Of a stretch of 56,824 bases of DNA, positions 47,433-56,824 are shown in pieces. The position numbers and the translations under genes were made by a program. The stretch is from Thermoplasmata archaeon (GTDB lineage: Archaea > Thermoplasmatota > Thermoplasmata > Lutacidiplasmatales > JAMCUS01), in assembly GCA_049966015.1 (NCBI GenBank), contig JBMFVL010000002.1, positions 1 through 56,824 on the forward strand, given 5' to 3'. Numbering within the stretch: position 1 is the stretch's first letter; each line of letters opens with the position of its first letter. Under the pieces are notes generated by a model, which was given only the letters and a program-made list of their open reading frames with translations, was not told the DNA's origin and did no database searches.

Positions 47433-47532
47433 ATTACTTTACAATTGTAATCAAATATATTAAAATAACTTACATTTGTAAACCTATATGCTGATATATT
47501 TACCTTCATATAGTGTAAAATGGTGTAATAAA

Positions 47533-47673
47533 ATGGTAAAAGACCCCGTATGTAAAATGGATGTGGTGGAAAGTAAAACAAAGTATATCACTGAATTCGA
47601 TGGAAAGAGATATTATTTTTGCTGTGAAACATGCAAAAAAACCTTTGACAAAAATCCTAAAAAATATGTTTGA
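47533..47673 (+). CDS. small YHS/TRASH-domain metallochaperone (CopT/CopM-like)
   Basis: The 46-aa protein is essentially one YHS domain, [35 protein letters not shown]. Its stop lies 5 nt before the copA ATG. Confidence 0.75.
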   Translation: MVKDPVCKMDVVESKTKYITEFDGKRYYFCCETCKKTFDKNPKKYV

Positions 47674-47678
47674 TTCAT

Positions 47679-49733
47679 ATGGCAAAAGATCCTATTTGTG
47701 GAATGTATGTGGATGAAACCACAGCAACTTTGAAAAGTGTCAGAAACGGCACTACATATTATTTTTGCAGTGCTGGATGCAAAGAACAATTTGATGCACC
47801 GGAAAAAAGCTTGAAAAGAAATAAATTGCTTACTTATCTTGCATGGATTCTGGCAATTCCAGTTGTAATAGGTACGTACATTGTGCCTTTGCCTTTTAAT
47901 CTTTATACAATGCTAGTATTGGCAACCATCGTGCAATTCACATCCGGTTTGAAATTTTACCAAGGGCTTTACGACGGCATAAAAAGCAGATCTACCAATA
48001 TGGATACGCTTATTGCAATAGGCACTACTACAGCTTATTTATATAGTGCGTTCATTGTCTTATCTGGCAAAGGTACCCTTGTTTATTTTGATGCTTCAAT
48101 GCTCATTGTTGCATTAATAAGGACAGGTAATTTAATAGAAGAATGGACAAAAAATAAAGCCTCTGACGCAGTGAGAAAATTAATGGATTTAAGACCAGAT
48201 AAAGCGAGGGTTATTAAAGATGGCATGGAAACCATGTCTCCTGTAGAAGAAGTTGAAGCAGGGGATATTATCCTTGTAAAACCAGGGGAAAAAATACCTG
48301 TTGATGGCATTGTTATTGAAGGAATTAGCGAGGTAGACCAATCTATGCTAACAGGGGAAAGTGTACCTGTAGTAATTGAACAGGGTAGCAAGGTTGTAGG
48401 AGGAACAATAAATGTAACTGGAACTTTTAAAGCAAAAGCAACAGATGTGGGGTCAGATAGTACATTATCAAAAATTGTAGAGATGGTAACAAATGCCAAG
48501 GAAGGAAGGGCACCAATACAAAAAATTGCAGATAAAGTGTCATCATATTTTGTCCCTATAGTTGTTAGCATTGCATTGGTTTCTTCAATATTTTGGTATT
48601 TTTACGGACACGTCGGTGTTTCAATTGCTTTGTTAGTTTTTGTGTCGGTTATTGTAATCGCTTGCCCTTGTGCACTGGGCATTGCTACACCAGCGGCTTT
48701 TCTTGTCGGTGCAGGAATTGGGGCACAAAATAATATTTTGATAAAAAATGGGGATGCCTTGGAAACATCTAAAAATGTAGACATGGTCGTTTTCGATAAA
48801 ACAGGAACTCTTACATATGGAAATATGGAAGTTGTAGGGGCGGAGCATTATATTGATGAAAAAAAATCTTTAGATTTGTATTATTCATTAGAAAACCTTT
48901 CAGAACACCCTATTGGTAAGGCAATTGTTTTATACTGCAAAAATAAAAAAGCTAACGCATTAAAAGTAGTAGATTTTACTTCAATACCTGGAAAAGGAGT
49001 AAAGGGTGTTATTGACGGGGAGCTATACCTTGCAGGCAATCTAAAAATGATCAAAGATTTTGGCATTAAAATAAGCAATGAACAAGATTTATTGAAATAT
49101 CAACATACAGGAAACAGTGTTGTTATACTCGCTAACAGTAGTGAGGTTTTATCTATTATTCTTTTACAGGATAAAATAAAAGATAACGCAGAAAAGGCTA
49201 TAAAGGCTTTGAAGTCTATGAATATAACTACTGTAATGTTGACAGGGGATCATAAATACGCTGCTGAGAACGTGAGAAAAAAAATAGGAATAGATATCGT
49301 TTACTCTGAACTATTGCCAAACGAAAAAATGGAAATTATTCAGAAACTAAAGAGGGAGGGTCATATAGTAGCAATGGTAGGGGATGGAATAAATGATGCA
49401 CCTTCTATGGCAACGGCTGATCTTGGAATAGCAATTGGTACAGGTACTGATGTTGCTAAAGCATCAGGGGATATTGTACTTATGAAAGGAGATCCGTATG
49501 GGGTTGTCATTGCGCTTAAGTTGGGCAGGAAAACAATATCTAAAGTAAAGCAAAACCTATTCTGGGCTTTCGGTTACAATAGTGCATTGTTGCCTATTGC
49601 TGCAGGTGCATTAGTCCCTTTCTTGGGCATTGGCATATACCATTTTTTGCCTATTTTTGCCGCCATGGCCATGGCATTTAGCAGTACTACAGTAGTTTTG
49701 AATTCTATGACACTTAAATTTTTTAAAATTTGA
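47679..49733 (+). CDS. copA: copper-translocating P1B-type ATPase with N-terminal YHS/TRASH domain
   Basis: N-terminal [42 protein letters not shown] ([12 protein letters not shown]), FDKTGTLT and GDGINDAP. No HMA (CxxC ferredoxin-like) domain seen. Confidence 0.9.
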   Translation: MAKDPICGMYVDETTATLKSVRNGTTYYFCSAGCKEQFDAPEKSLKRNKLLTYLAWILAIPVVIGTYIVPLPFNLYTMLVLATIVQFTSGLKFYQGLYDGIKSRSTNMDTLIAIGTTTAYLYSAFIVLSGKGTLVYFDASMLIVALIRTGNLIEEWTKNKASDAVRKLMDLRPDKARVIKDGMETMSPVEEVEAGDIILVKPGEKIPVDGIVIEGISEVDQSMLTGESVPVVIEQGSKVVGGTINVTGTFKAKATDVGSDSTLSKIVEMVTNAKEGRAPIQKIADKVSSYFVPIVVSIALVSSIFWYFYGHVGVSIALLVFVSVIVIACPCALGIATPAAFLVGAGIGAQNNILIKNGDALETSKNVDMVVFDKTGTLTYGNMEVVGAEHYIDEKKSLDLYYSLENLSEHPIGKAIVLYCKNKKANALKVVDFTSIPGKGVKGVIDGELYLAGNLKMIKDFGIKISNEQDLLKYQHTGNSVVILANSSEVLSIILLQDKIKDNAEKAIKALKSMNITTVMLTGDHKYAAENVRKKIGIDIVYSELLPNEKMEIIQKLKREGHIVAMVGDGINDAPSMATADLGIAIGTGTDVAKASGDIVLMKGDPYGVVIALKLGRKTISKVKQNLFWAFGYNSALLPIAAGALVPFLGIGIYHFLPIFAAMAMAFSSTTVVLNSMTLKFFKI

Positions 49734-49740
49734 GGATATT

Positions 49741-50076
49741 ATGGGAGATAGGGAGCTAATAAGGATAGAGGTTAGTGATAAGTTAATAAAATATATTATT
49801 GATAAATACGGCAAATGGGTTCCTATTGTAATAACATATACTGAAACCAAGGGACCTTGCCAGGACAACTGGTGCCCATTGATTAAAAAGCTGGAAGTAC
49901 ACCTATTTACCTCTAAAGAGAATTTACAACAATTTGAACCGGTTTATTATAAAGGATTGTTGATTTTGATTGAAAAAAATATATTTTTATCGTCAGTTAA
50001 ACATAGAGACGAGATAAAAATACTAATGGATTACAAGCATAAGATAAAGGTTTCTGGTTTAAGTTTTGTTTCTTGA
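49741..50076 (+). CDS. hypothetical small protein with CX5C motif, downstream of copA
   Basis: Starts 7 nt after the copA stop. GPCQDNWCP lies in a strand-loop-strand context (IRIEVSDKLIKYI...VPIVITYTETKGPCQDNWCPLIKKLEVHLF). No family identified. Confidence 0.45.
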   Translation: MGDRELIRIEVSDKLIKYIIDKYGKWVPIVITYTETKGPCQDNWCPLIKKLEVHLFTSKENLQQFEPVYYKGLLILIEKNIFLSSVKHRDEIKILMDYKHKIKVSGLSFVS

Positions 50077-50144
50077 TATTAATGGTTTTGTTATAGCAAT
50101 TTTTAATAAAAAATATTTTAGTAGTAAGAAGATATATTAGATTG

Positions 50145-50822
50145 ATGGATTCATACGTTATTTCTTTGGGAGGATCTGTTTTCAATCAGGAAAACATAGA
50201 AAATATTCTGGGAGAATATTCCAATATAGTTAATAGCCTCATCGAGAAGCATGTCATGTATTTTGTTATTGGTGGGGGTATGTTAGCGAGAAGCTATATA
50301 GAAAAAGCATCGGTTTTCAATCCCAATAAATATTTTCTAGATGAAATAGGGATTATGGCAACAAGAATCAATGCAATGCTTTTTGTAACTTCACTTAAAA
50401 TCAATAATTTGAAGGTTTCTTATAGCATTGATGAGGCGTGTAAATCTGCTAAAGATTACAATATTGCCGTGATGGGTGGGATTATGCCTGGAATTACTAC
50501 AGACGGTGTATCTGCTTTGCTTGCTGAAGCTTGCAATGCAAAAATGGTTATAAACGCTACTAATGTCGACGCAATATACACCGACGATCCAAAAATCAAT
50601 AAAAAAGCTAAAAAAATTAGCAAAATGTATTTGGATGACTTGATAACCCAGGTAGGTAAATCTGAAAGTTACCCTGGTAGAAGTGGTGTATTCGATTTGT
50701 TCGGATGCAAAATTTTGCAACGGAGCAAAATACCTTTGCGTGTAATTAACGGGACTATACCGAAGAATGTATACGAAGTTATAGAAGAGAATAGGGATAT
50801 TGGAACGGTTGTGGTTTCATGA
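50145..50822 (+). CDS. pyrH: UMP kinase (archaeal type)
   Basis: VISLGGSVF, FVIGGGMLAR, and GGIMPGITTDGVSALLAE. About 225 aa. Confidence 0.85.
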   Translation: MDSYVISLGGSVFNQENIENILGEYSNIVNSLIEKHVMYFVIGGGMLARSYIEKASVFNPNKYFLDEIGIMATRINAMLFVTSLKINNLKVSYSIDEACKSAKDYNIAVMGGIMPGITTDGVSALLAEACNAKMVINATNVDAIYTDDPKINKKAKKISKMYLDDLITQVGKSESYPGRSGVFDLFGCKILQRSKIPLRVINGTIPKNVYEVIEENRDIGTVVVS

Positions 50823-51379
50823 AGGTTTATAAATTTTATTTGTTGATTATACTGTTTCTTTTTTTAATGCCTGTTTCATATTCTCACAGAGTACAGATTC
50901 TTCCTGGAGCGGATACATATATCAGCGGTGTGGTGCTCAACTCTAATAACAATACTTCTATCCAGGGAGCTTTAGTTGAAATTTTATATAACGGGACAAT
51001 CGTAAGGCAGGGTAATACCAATTTTACAGGTGGTTTCGAATTCGCTGTTCCTACAGGAATTTATGTAATACAGGTTTCAAAACCCGGGTTTCAATCAAAT
51101 AGTACTACTGTTGCTGTATCTGCACAGCAACCAGGTACAGGAATAATTATATATCTTACTCCTTCTCAAAGTACATCTTATACACCAATTTACTTTATTT
51201 TATTGGGGTCTGCGGCAATCATTGTTGTGATTGTAGTATATATATGGTATGAAAAAGAAAAGAAAAAAACTAAAAAAGAATATAAAGAATCCACCAAAAG
51301 CACTAAAATATGCCCTATATGTAAGCAACCATATACAGGAAGTTTAAAGGTTCATATAAAAAAGGAACATAGGAAGTGA
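50819..51379 (+). CDS. single-pass membrane protein: extracellular CarboxypepD_reg-like beta-sandwich + cytoplasmic Lys-rich tail with C2H2-like zinc knuckle
   Basis: Signal FYLLIILFLFLMPVSYS. ISGVVLNSNN..GALVEILYNG...TNFTGGFEFAVPTGIYVIQVSKPGFQS. TM IYFILLGSAAIIVVIVVYIW. Tail CPICKQPYTGSLKVHIKKEH (C-X2-C-X10-H-X4-H). ATGA overlap with pyrH. Confidence 0.6.
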   Translation: MKVYKFYLLIILFLFLMPVSYSHRVQILPGADTYISGVVLNSNNNTSIQGALVEILYNGTIVRQGNTNFTGGFEFAVPTGIYVIQVSKPGFQSNSTTVAVSAQQPGTGIIIYLTPSQSTSYTPIYFILLGSAAIIVVIVVYIWYEKEKKKTKKEYKESTKSTKICPICKQPYTGSLKVHIKKEHRK

Positions 51380-51386
51380 TTATAAT

Positions 51387-52529
51387 ATGATAAAAAGTGA
51401 AAGATTGAAAGAAGTAGAGCTTTCAGGGATAAGAAGATTGTTTGAATTGGCTAACAAAAAAGGAGGAAATATCATTAATCTGGGGCTAGGTGAGCCTGAT
51501 TTTAACCCCCCTGAACCAATTGTTGAAGAACTTGCCATAGCAGCTAAAAAAGGGTTAAACAAGTATGGTCCTACCAATGGAATAGATAGCTTAAAGCAAA
51601 TAATAGTAGATAAATACAAAGATTATGACCCAAACATAAAATTGGATAATGTTATAATAACAGAGGGTTCTACCCAAGGGCTGTTTAGCGTGGCACTTTC
51701 CATTTTTAATAGAGGGAACGAGGTTTTAGTGCCTGATCCAGGGTTTGTATTGTATAGTGCACATGTAAAGATAGCAGAAGCAACCCCAATTTTTTACAAT
51801 TTAACCAAGAAAACATCTTATTTGCCAGATATAAAAGAGTTGGAAAAGATCGTAACTGAAAAAACCGTTGCTATTTACATAAACAATCCGTCTAATCCTC
51901 TTGGAACAGTATATCCTGAAAGTTTGGTTGATAAAATTGTGGACTTTGCAAAAAAACATGATTTAGTTATAATTTCAGATGAAGTTTATGATAAGATAAT
52001 ATATGAAGGAAAATTCAACAGTTTCTGGGGGAAGTATGATAAAGTGATCTTAACCAATTCATTTTCAAAAATCATTGCTGTGCCAGGATGGAGAATAGCA
52101 TATCTGCTTGTTCCAGATGAGTTTTTAGACCCCATCAAAAAAATGCATTATTACACAGTGGCTTGCCCTTCTACTCCATTTCAGCATGCTATAGTCAATG
52201 GCTGGGAAAGGTCTCAAAGCAGGATTGAAGAGATGGTAAAGATATTCAAAGAACGTAGAGACCTTGTCGTTAAAATGTTACACGATATGGGTGTTGATTA
52301 CATAACTCCCCAAGGCGCATTTTATGTTTTTATGAAAATTCCGGAAAACATGAAAAAGAGCTCCAAACAAGCAGCGGAAGAGTTAATAAATTATGGAGTT
52401 CTAGTTACTTCAGGGGATTCTTTTGGAAGTAATGGGGAAGGATATTTAAGGATATCATTTGCTAACTCTTCTGAGAATATAAAGAAAGGCCTTAACCTTA
52501 TAGATAGATGGATCAAGGACAACACATAA
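51387..52529 (+). CDS. class I/II pyridoxal-phosphate aminotransferase (aspartate aminotransferase-like)
   Basis: LGLGEPDF, NNPSNPLG, ISDEVY, and the PLP-Lys motif SFSKIIAVPGWRIAY. Confidence 0.85.
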   Translation: MIKSERLKEVELSGIRRLFELANKKGGNIINLGLGEPDFNPPEPIVEELAIAAKKGLNKYGPTNGIDSLKQIIVDKYKDYDPNIKLDNVIITEGSTQGLFSVALSIFNRGNEVLVPDPGFVLYSAHVKIAEATPIFYNLTKKTSYLPDIKELEKIVTEKTVAIYINNPSNPLGTVYPESLVDKIVDFAKKHDLVIISDEVYDKIIYEGKFNSFWGKYDKVILTNSFSKIIAVPGWRIAYLLVPDEFLDPIKKMHYYTVACPSTPFQHAIVNGWERSQSRIEEMVKIFKERRDLVVKMLHDMGVDYITPQGAFYVFMKIPENMKKSSKQAAEELINYGVLVTSGDSFGSNGEGYLRISFANSSENIKKGLNLIDRWIKDNT

Positions 52530-52539
52530 ACAATTTTTT

Positions 52540-53028
52540 TTATTTTGTTTCGAATTTCCAGATTGCATCGCCTACATGGTAAATAAGAATAGCGCATTTC
52601 CCAGGTGGCCGCGATTTCATTTCATTCCCGCTTTTTATGGCGTATGCAATGGCTATGGGGCGCTTATGTTTTATGTCCATGACCCATACTAAGTCATTTT
52701 CCTTTATAGATTCATCACAATCAGCTACGCCTTTACCCATTACATCCGCACCATCTGAAATGGGGATTATAGCACCTTCATCTACAGCTATATATTTTTT
52801 GTAAATTGGATTTTCTAATAGATTGGACAATGAAAACATATAGAAATTACCTTTTTCAATAAAAGATACTTTATTGTCTGTAAGAATCAGGGCAATATCT
52901 TCATTTATGGGGATCTTTTCTACGTTTAAGGAAGTGAATTTGTATTCAATACCCAGGTAGTTTTTTATATCTTCCTCTATTTTTTTTATTTCTTTTTTTC
53001 GCATTCTAATGCGATTCTTAAAATCCAT
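52540..53028 (-). CDS. PUA-domain protein
   Basis: C-terminal PUA pattern DEGAIIPISDGADVMGKGVADCDESIKENDLVWVMDIKHKRPIAIAYA. ATG at 53028, with an alternative GTG at 53037 overlapping the scpB stop. Confidence 0.65.
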   Translation of the reverse strand: MDFKNRIRMRKKEIKKIEEDIKNYLGIEYKFTSLNVEKIPINEDIALILTDNKVSFIEKGNFYMFSLSNLLENPIYKKYIAVDEGAIIPISDGADVMGKGVADCDESIKENDLVWVMDIKHKRPIAIAYAIKSGNEMKSRPPGKCAILIYHVGDAIWKFETK

Positions 53029-53033
53029 AATAT

Positions 53034-53525
53034 TCACTTTTTGTTTATCATTTCCATCATTTTGTCTTTTCCGCTTACGCCGTAAAGTTTGTAAAATTTA
53101 TTTGAAACAGATAGAATATTGCTGTTGTTCACTTTTTTTACTTCAATGTATTTCATTTTTTTGAGTTCATTGAGGTCATCTCTATATGATTCACCTAATG
53201 CATTGATAACATCGCTTTGCTTTACTGGCTCTTTGAACATAATGTAAACGATTATTTTCAATTGCTTGGCGTTGAACGGTACGTCACTAAAATTTTTTAT
53301 TAAATGCTTATACTCATCTTTCAATCTTAGAAATACAATATTATCCTGATAAACTACTTCTAATGCACTATTCCTAGATTCATAATCATTTTTTAGCGAT
53401 TCCAAAATTTCAATCAGCGAGGACTCGTTTTTAATATCTAGCTTTTCCATAATTTCTGAATAGCTGCATGGAGAGGGATACAGGAACAATATTGCTTCTA
53501 CCTTTTTTGCATTTTCACTCAACAT
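53034..53525 (-). CDS. scpB: segregation and condensation protein B
   Basis: VEAILFLYPSPCSYSEIMEKL plus a second winged-helix-like half. Located directly after scpA, with an 11-nt overlap. Confidence 0.7.
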   Translation of the reverse strand: MLSENAKKVEAILFLYPSPCSYSEIMEKLDIKNESSLIEILESLKNDYESRNSALEVVYQDNIVFLRLKDEYKHLIKNFSDVPFNAKQLKIIVYIMFKEPVKQSDVINALGESYRDDLNELKKMKYIEVKKVNNSNILSVSNKFYKLYGVSGKDKMMEMINKK

Positions 53526-54360
53526 CTTTCTTAACCTTCCTCAACAGGATATCGTTTGTATCTTCAGATATTAACAGTATATCCACTATACCTTTAGATA
53601 CAAGGAACAATAATGCAACGAAATATTTTATGGTATTGTCTAAATTGTTTTTGCATAGGGCATTGAAGTATACAGGTTTGTCATCTATCAAAAGTTCCAG
53701 TAATTCATTCATATCATCGGATATTGTTTCTTTATGGACTTCTATTTTATATTCGATTAATGGCTCAGCTTCTTTTTTTATTCCCCTATGGCGTTCATTC
53801 AACTTTACGGTGTTTTCAATAACTGGCTCTAATTCATTTAGAAGTTCAATCAATCCGATGGTTTTGGGAGTATAATATGGGCTGGGTAATACAGGTGTTT
53901 CACCTTCGTTCAACACATCATACCATTCATCTAATAAAATATCTTCATTTTTCATTTCCTTTTCTTTTAGCCTGTTCAATACAGATTCACATTGCATCTT
54001 TAATATTCCCCATGACATCTGTATTATCATCCCTGCATGTATAAAATCAAATTTTTCCTTTTCAATTTTAGACAGGTACATTTCTGTGAATTTGGTCAAG
54101 TCAATTTCCCACGGATCTATCCCTTCAGATATTATTACATCGAAGAGAGATAATAATACCTTGTCTGTCAAATCTTCAACATGAAAGTAATTTCCATCCG
54201 CAACTTTTTTTACTAGTTCTATGTATTTTTTGATTTTTTCATTATTACTTTCGTCATCGATTAGGGATTGGTTGAACATAAGATAATTGAGAACTTTTTC
54301 ATAGTTGCTTAGTTCCATATGGTCTACTAATTGAAAAATGTTGTTGGATTCTGTAACCAT
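53515..54360 (-). CDS. scpA: segregation and condensation protein A (kleisin)
   Basis: The ScpA-like N-terminal region LLSLFDVIISEGIDPWEIDLTKFTEMYL and a C-terminal winged-helix-like region (IKYFVALLFLVSKGIVDI). Its start codon shares 1 nt with the smc stop. Confidence 0.7.
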   Translation of the reverse strand: MVTESNNIFQLVDHMELSNYEKVLNYLMFNQSLIDDESNNEKIKKYIELVKKVADGNYFHVEDLTDKVLLSLFDVIISEGIDPWEIDLTKFTEMYLSKIEKEKFDFIHAGMIIQMSWGILKMQCESVLNRLKEKEMKNEDILLDEWYDVLNEGETPVLPSPYYTPKTIGLIELLNELEPVIENTVKLNERHRGIKKEAEPLIEYKIEVHKETISDDMNELLELLIDDKPVYFNALCKNNLDNTIKYFVALLFLVSKGIVDILLISEDTNDILLRKVKKDVE

Positions 54361-56824
54361 TAGGCTTCACCTCCTTCTACCGCCATGTTGGACTCTTTCC
54401 CCATTAATTTAAGGTTGGATAGGTCTTTGGTAAGTACTATACTTTCACCTTTACCGTTATGGGTTATGCCATATATCTTATCTGTTTCTTTCAGAGAGGC
54501 TTTCCTCAATGATATCATGATTATCTGTATGTTTTTTGATATTGATGATATCATTTTTGCAACGCGTTCTGCAGCAACTGCATCTAAAAACATATCTACT
54601 TCATCCAGAACGTAAAAAGGAGAAGGCTCAAATTTCTGTATAGCCATTATGAAGGTTAATGCTACCAAGCTTTTTTCTCCCCCTGATAATGCTTCCAGCC
54701 TTAACACTTTTTTACCAACTGGTTTTGCTTTTATTATTAAACCACCCTCAAAAACATCATCTGAATTTTCAAGCATTAACTCGGCGCTTCCACCCATGGA
54801 CAACTGGGAATACAATTCAATGAAGTTTTTGTTTATTTGATTGAAGGTTTCCATAAAGCGTTCTTTCTTATGCTTGTTTACTTCCTCTACAACTTTCTCA
54901 ATGCCCTTTATTTCCTCCTCCATCTTGGACATGGATTCTTTTAGAGACTTCACAGTACTTTCAATTTCTGCGTATTCTTCAATTGCCTTCATATTCACAT
55001 TTCCGAAGTTGTTAAGTTCCTTTTCATGTTCCGATATTAATTGATCCAGTGCAGACATTGACATATTGGTCAAAGATTCATTTGCAACAACATCAAGCTC
55101 TAGTTGTGCTTTGTTGATTTCTGTTTCAGTTTCCTCAACTTTCCTTTGCATTGTATCCAGTACAAGTTTTTTAGATGTCAGTTCATTATCATAATATTTT
55201 ATCTTTGCAGTTAACTCTTTTATTTCCTGGTCAATTCCCTCCATCTTTCTTGAAATTTGTTGGTAACTTTCATCGAGTTTAGATAAAACTTGATCAGCAG
55301 AATTTATTTTATCATTAGTAATCCTTAGCTCTTCTGTATAATCTAGCATTCCTTTTTTAGCAACTTCGTTTTCTTCTATTATTTCTCTGCTTTTTATTTC
55401 AAGGTCATTTACACGTTCCTCTGTCGAGGATAATTCTGCCCCTTTTTTGGATAATTCTTGCTTTAGTTGTTCAATATTGTTTCTCAATATTTCAATACTC
55501 TTTTCCAACTCTGTATATGGCTTGCCAATTTCATTTGCATTTAACTTAGACATCTGCTTTTCTATTTTTTCTAATTCCACTTTTATTTTTTCATTTGACG
55601 TGTTTAGGTCCATCAACCTTTTGTTTATTTCAGATGTTTTATCATTTAGATCTTTTATTTCCTCTTCTATTTCTTTGTACCTTTTTACAAAAGATTCTTT
55701 CTGTTCATTTAAAAGAGAGATGTTATTCGCATTGTTTGATTTTTTCGCTTTGGCTTTTTCTATTTCTACTCCAATTCTGTTGAGGTCTTCTTGTATCTTT
55801 TTAAGCGTCTTTTCAGCCATATCATATTCATACGAGATATTATCTTTTTCCTCTGATAATTTTGAGATTTTTCCAGTTATTTCGAAAAGTTCATTGTTTT
55901 TTGATGAAAATTGGTATTGCTCTTTTTGTAAATGCCCCCCAATCATTGCATTGTTGGCTTCTATAAGGTCTCCCTCAAGAGTTACTATTCTTTTCCCACC
56001 CATTATAGATTTGGCATTTTCTATTGTATCTACAACAATTGTGTCACCTATGGCGTAATCCAACGCCACTTTATATTGGGGGCTGATTTTTATTAAATCT
56101 CTGCAATATCCTAATACAAACTCTTTTTTCAATGTATCTAAAACCTCTTTGGGTTTGACGTTTATTTTATTTAACGGTATGAATGTTGCCCTTCCTATCC
56201 TGTGCTCTTTTAAATATTCTATGCTTTTGGCTGCTACATTTTCATTAGTAACAATTATGGAATTCATTCTTGAACCCATGGCAACGAAAACTGCCTTCTG
56301 GTACTTTTCGTCTACACTGATTAAATCTTTTAAAGCACCTATAATGCCATCTTCTCCACTTTTCTTTAGATCGTATATTGCTTCTATTACAGTATTTGAT
56401 TGGGTTTCCTTTCTACCTTCTAGTTTTCCCTTTTCCCTTTCTAAAGTATAAATTTCATTTTCGATTTTCTTTAATTCATTGCTGAGTGTAGATACATATG
56501 CGTGTTGGTTATAAAATGCGTTGGATAATTCTTTATTTTTCTTAATTAAATTATCTAACTCAATGTCTTCGTTTTTAGAACTTTGTTCTATTTTAAAATC
56601 AATTTCCTTTATGGAGTTGGCAACACTGTTTTTTTCTATTACATACTCTTCAATTTTTTTTGATATTTCCATTTTCTGATCATTGATCATTTTAATTTGT
56701 TCATTATTTCTTTCAGCATCTTTTTGTAATGCAATTTTTTTCTTTTCCAATTCATTGTATTCATCACTAGATTCTTTGATTTTTTTCTTGATGTTTTCAA
56801 ATTCACTATTATTTTTTGATAATT
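54360..56824 (-). CDS. smc: chromosome segregation protein SMC (5' end beyond window edge)
   Basis: The reading frame stays open from 56750 to the window end. Hinge region (GIIGALKDLISVDEKYQKAV...GRATFIPLN), long coiled coils, ABC signature LSGGEKSLVALTF, and Walker B FYVLDEVDMFLD. Confidence 0.9.
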   Translation of the reverse strand, partial: LSKNNSEFENIKKKIKESSDEYNELEKKKIALQKDAERNNEQIKMINDQKMEISKKIEEYVIEKNSVANSIKEIDFKIEQSSKNEDIELDNLIKKNKELSNAFYNQHAYVSTLSNELKKIENEIYTLEREKGKLEGRKETQSNTVIEAIYDLKKSGEDGIIGALKDLISVDEKYQKAVFVAMGSRMNSIIVTNENVAAKSIEYLKEHRIGRATFIPLNKINVKPKEVLDTLKKEFVLGYCRDLIKISPQYKVALDYAIGDTIVVDTIENAKSIMGGKRIVTLEGDLIEANNAMIGGHLQKEQYQFSSKNNELFEITGKISKLSEEKDNISYEYDMAEKTLKKIQEDLNRIGVEIEKAKAKKSNNANNISLLNEQKESFVKRYKEIEEEIKDLNDKTSEINKRLMDLNTSNEKIKVELEKIEKQMSKLNANEIGKPYTELEKSIEILRNNIEQLKQELSKKGAELSSTEERVNDLEIKSREIIEENEVAKKGMLDYTEELRITNDKINSADQVLSKLDESYQQISRKMEGIDQEIKELTAKIKYYDNELTSKKLVLDTMQRKVEETETEINKAQLELDVVANESLTNMSMSALDQLISEHEKELNNFGNVNMKAIEEYAEIESTVKSLKESMSKMEEEIKGIEKVVEEVNKHKKERFMETFNQINKNFIELYSQLSMGGSAELMLENSDDVFEGGLIIKAKPVGKKVLRLEALSGGEKSLVALTFIMAIQKFEPSPFYVLDEVDMFLDAVAAERVAKMISSISKNIQIIMISLRKASLKETDKIYGITHNGKGESIVLTKDLSNLKLMGKESNMAVEGGEA

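Noticed and set aside
54385-56451. Plus-strand ORFs of up to 203 aa antisense to smc
   Set aside because: This is the same artefact: GAA/AAA-rich coiled-coil codons read as TTC/TTT on the opposite strand, giving long stop-free Ser/Phe/Leu frames.
1-56824. Search for tRNA, rRNA, C/D-box sRNA, CRISPR arrays, IS elements, integrases, restriction-modification, toxin-antitoxin or other defence hallmarks
   Set aside because: No GC-rich structured-RNA-like islands were seen in any intergenic gap. No spaced direct-repeat array was found. No RUGAUGA...CUGA pairs were seen in intergenic DNA, and no transposase, integrase, nuclease or helicase motifs in any ORF. The RHH protein at 32350 has no adjacent toxin-like ORF. 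Small structured RNAs cannot be excluded without covariance-model scans.

Overview
Archaeal chromosomal segment, visibly AT-rich and densely coding, with about 59 supportable protein genes. I recognised no rRNA, tRNA, CRISPR array, transposase or integrase. Archaeal markers are aIF-1A, Orc1/Cdc6, TiaS, RPA-like OB/zinc protein, archaeal-type AlaRS and UMP kinase. Together with DNA gyrase, a giant sedolisin-type acid protease and a TRASH/YHS copper locus, they suggest a Thermoplasmata (Thermoplasmatales-like acidophile) genome. That assignment is inferred from gene content only. Housekeeping genes present: partial RPA, aIF-1A, a tandem-fused ThyX, class I FBPase, AlaRS, TiaS, GyrA, Orc1/Cdc6, thiolase, PurE, AsnA-like synthetase with a divergent Lrp/AsnC, PDO, ATP sulfurylase, UMP kinase, an aminotransferase and a partial smc-scpA-scpB operon. 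Nt 35088-44829 form a divergent supercluster encoding almost the whole route from glutamyl-tRNA to haem via sirohaem (hemA/L/B/C/D, cobA, sirC, ahbA/B and two NirJ-like radical-SAM genes). Nt 46857-50076 form a cop locus: Lrp-TRASH regulator, YHS chaperone, YHS-fused CPC-type P1B ATPase and an uncharacterised CX5C protein. The window shows no clear defence or mobile system. Four candidates for something undescribed stand out. (i) An orphan three-gene cell-surface module at 9767-12811: two signal-anchored, sequon-rich beta proteins plus a polytopic membrane protein. (ii) A module at 29945-32586: wHTH-coiled-coil protein, 2-TM peptide, Roadblock/LC7 and RHH protein, with no GTPase, whose coiled-coil gene carries a near-perfect 225-nt duplication. 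(iii) A translationally coupled coiled-coil/zinc-ribbon plus TPR pair at 24715-26546. (iv) The sat plus alkaline-phosphatase-superfamily pair at 32596-35099. All family calls come from motifs read by eye. No database search was possible, so they need HMM and structure-based confirmation.
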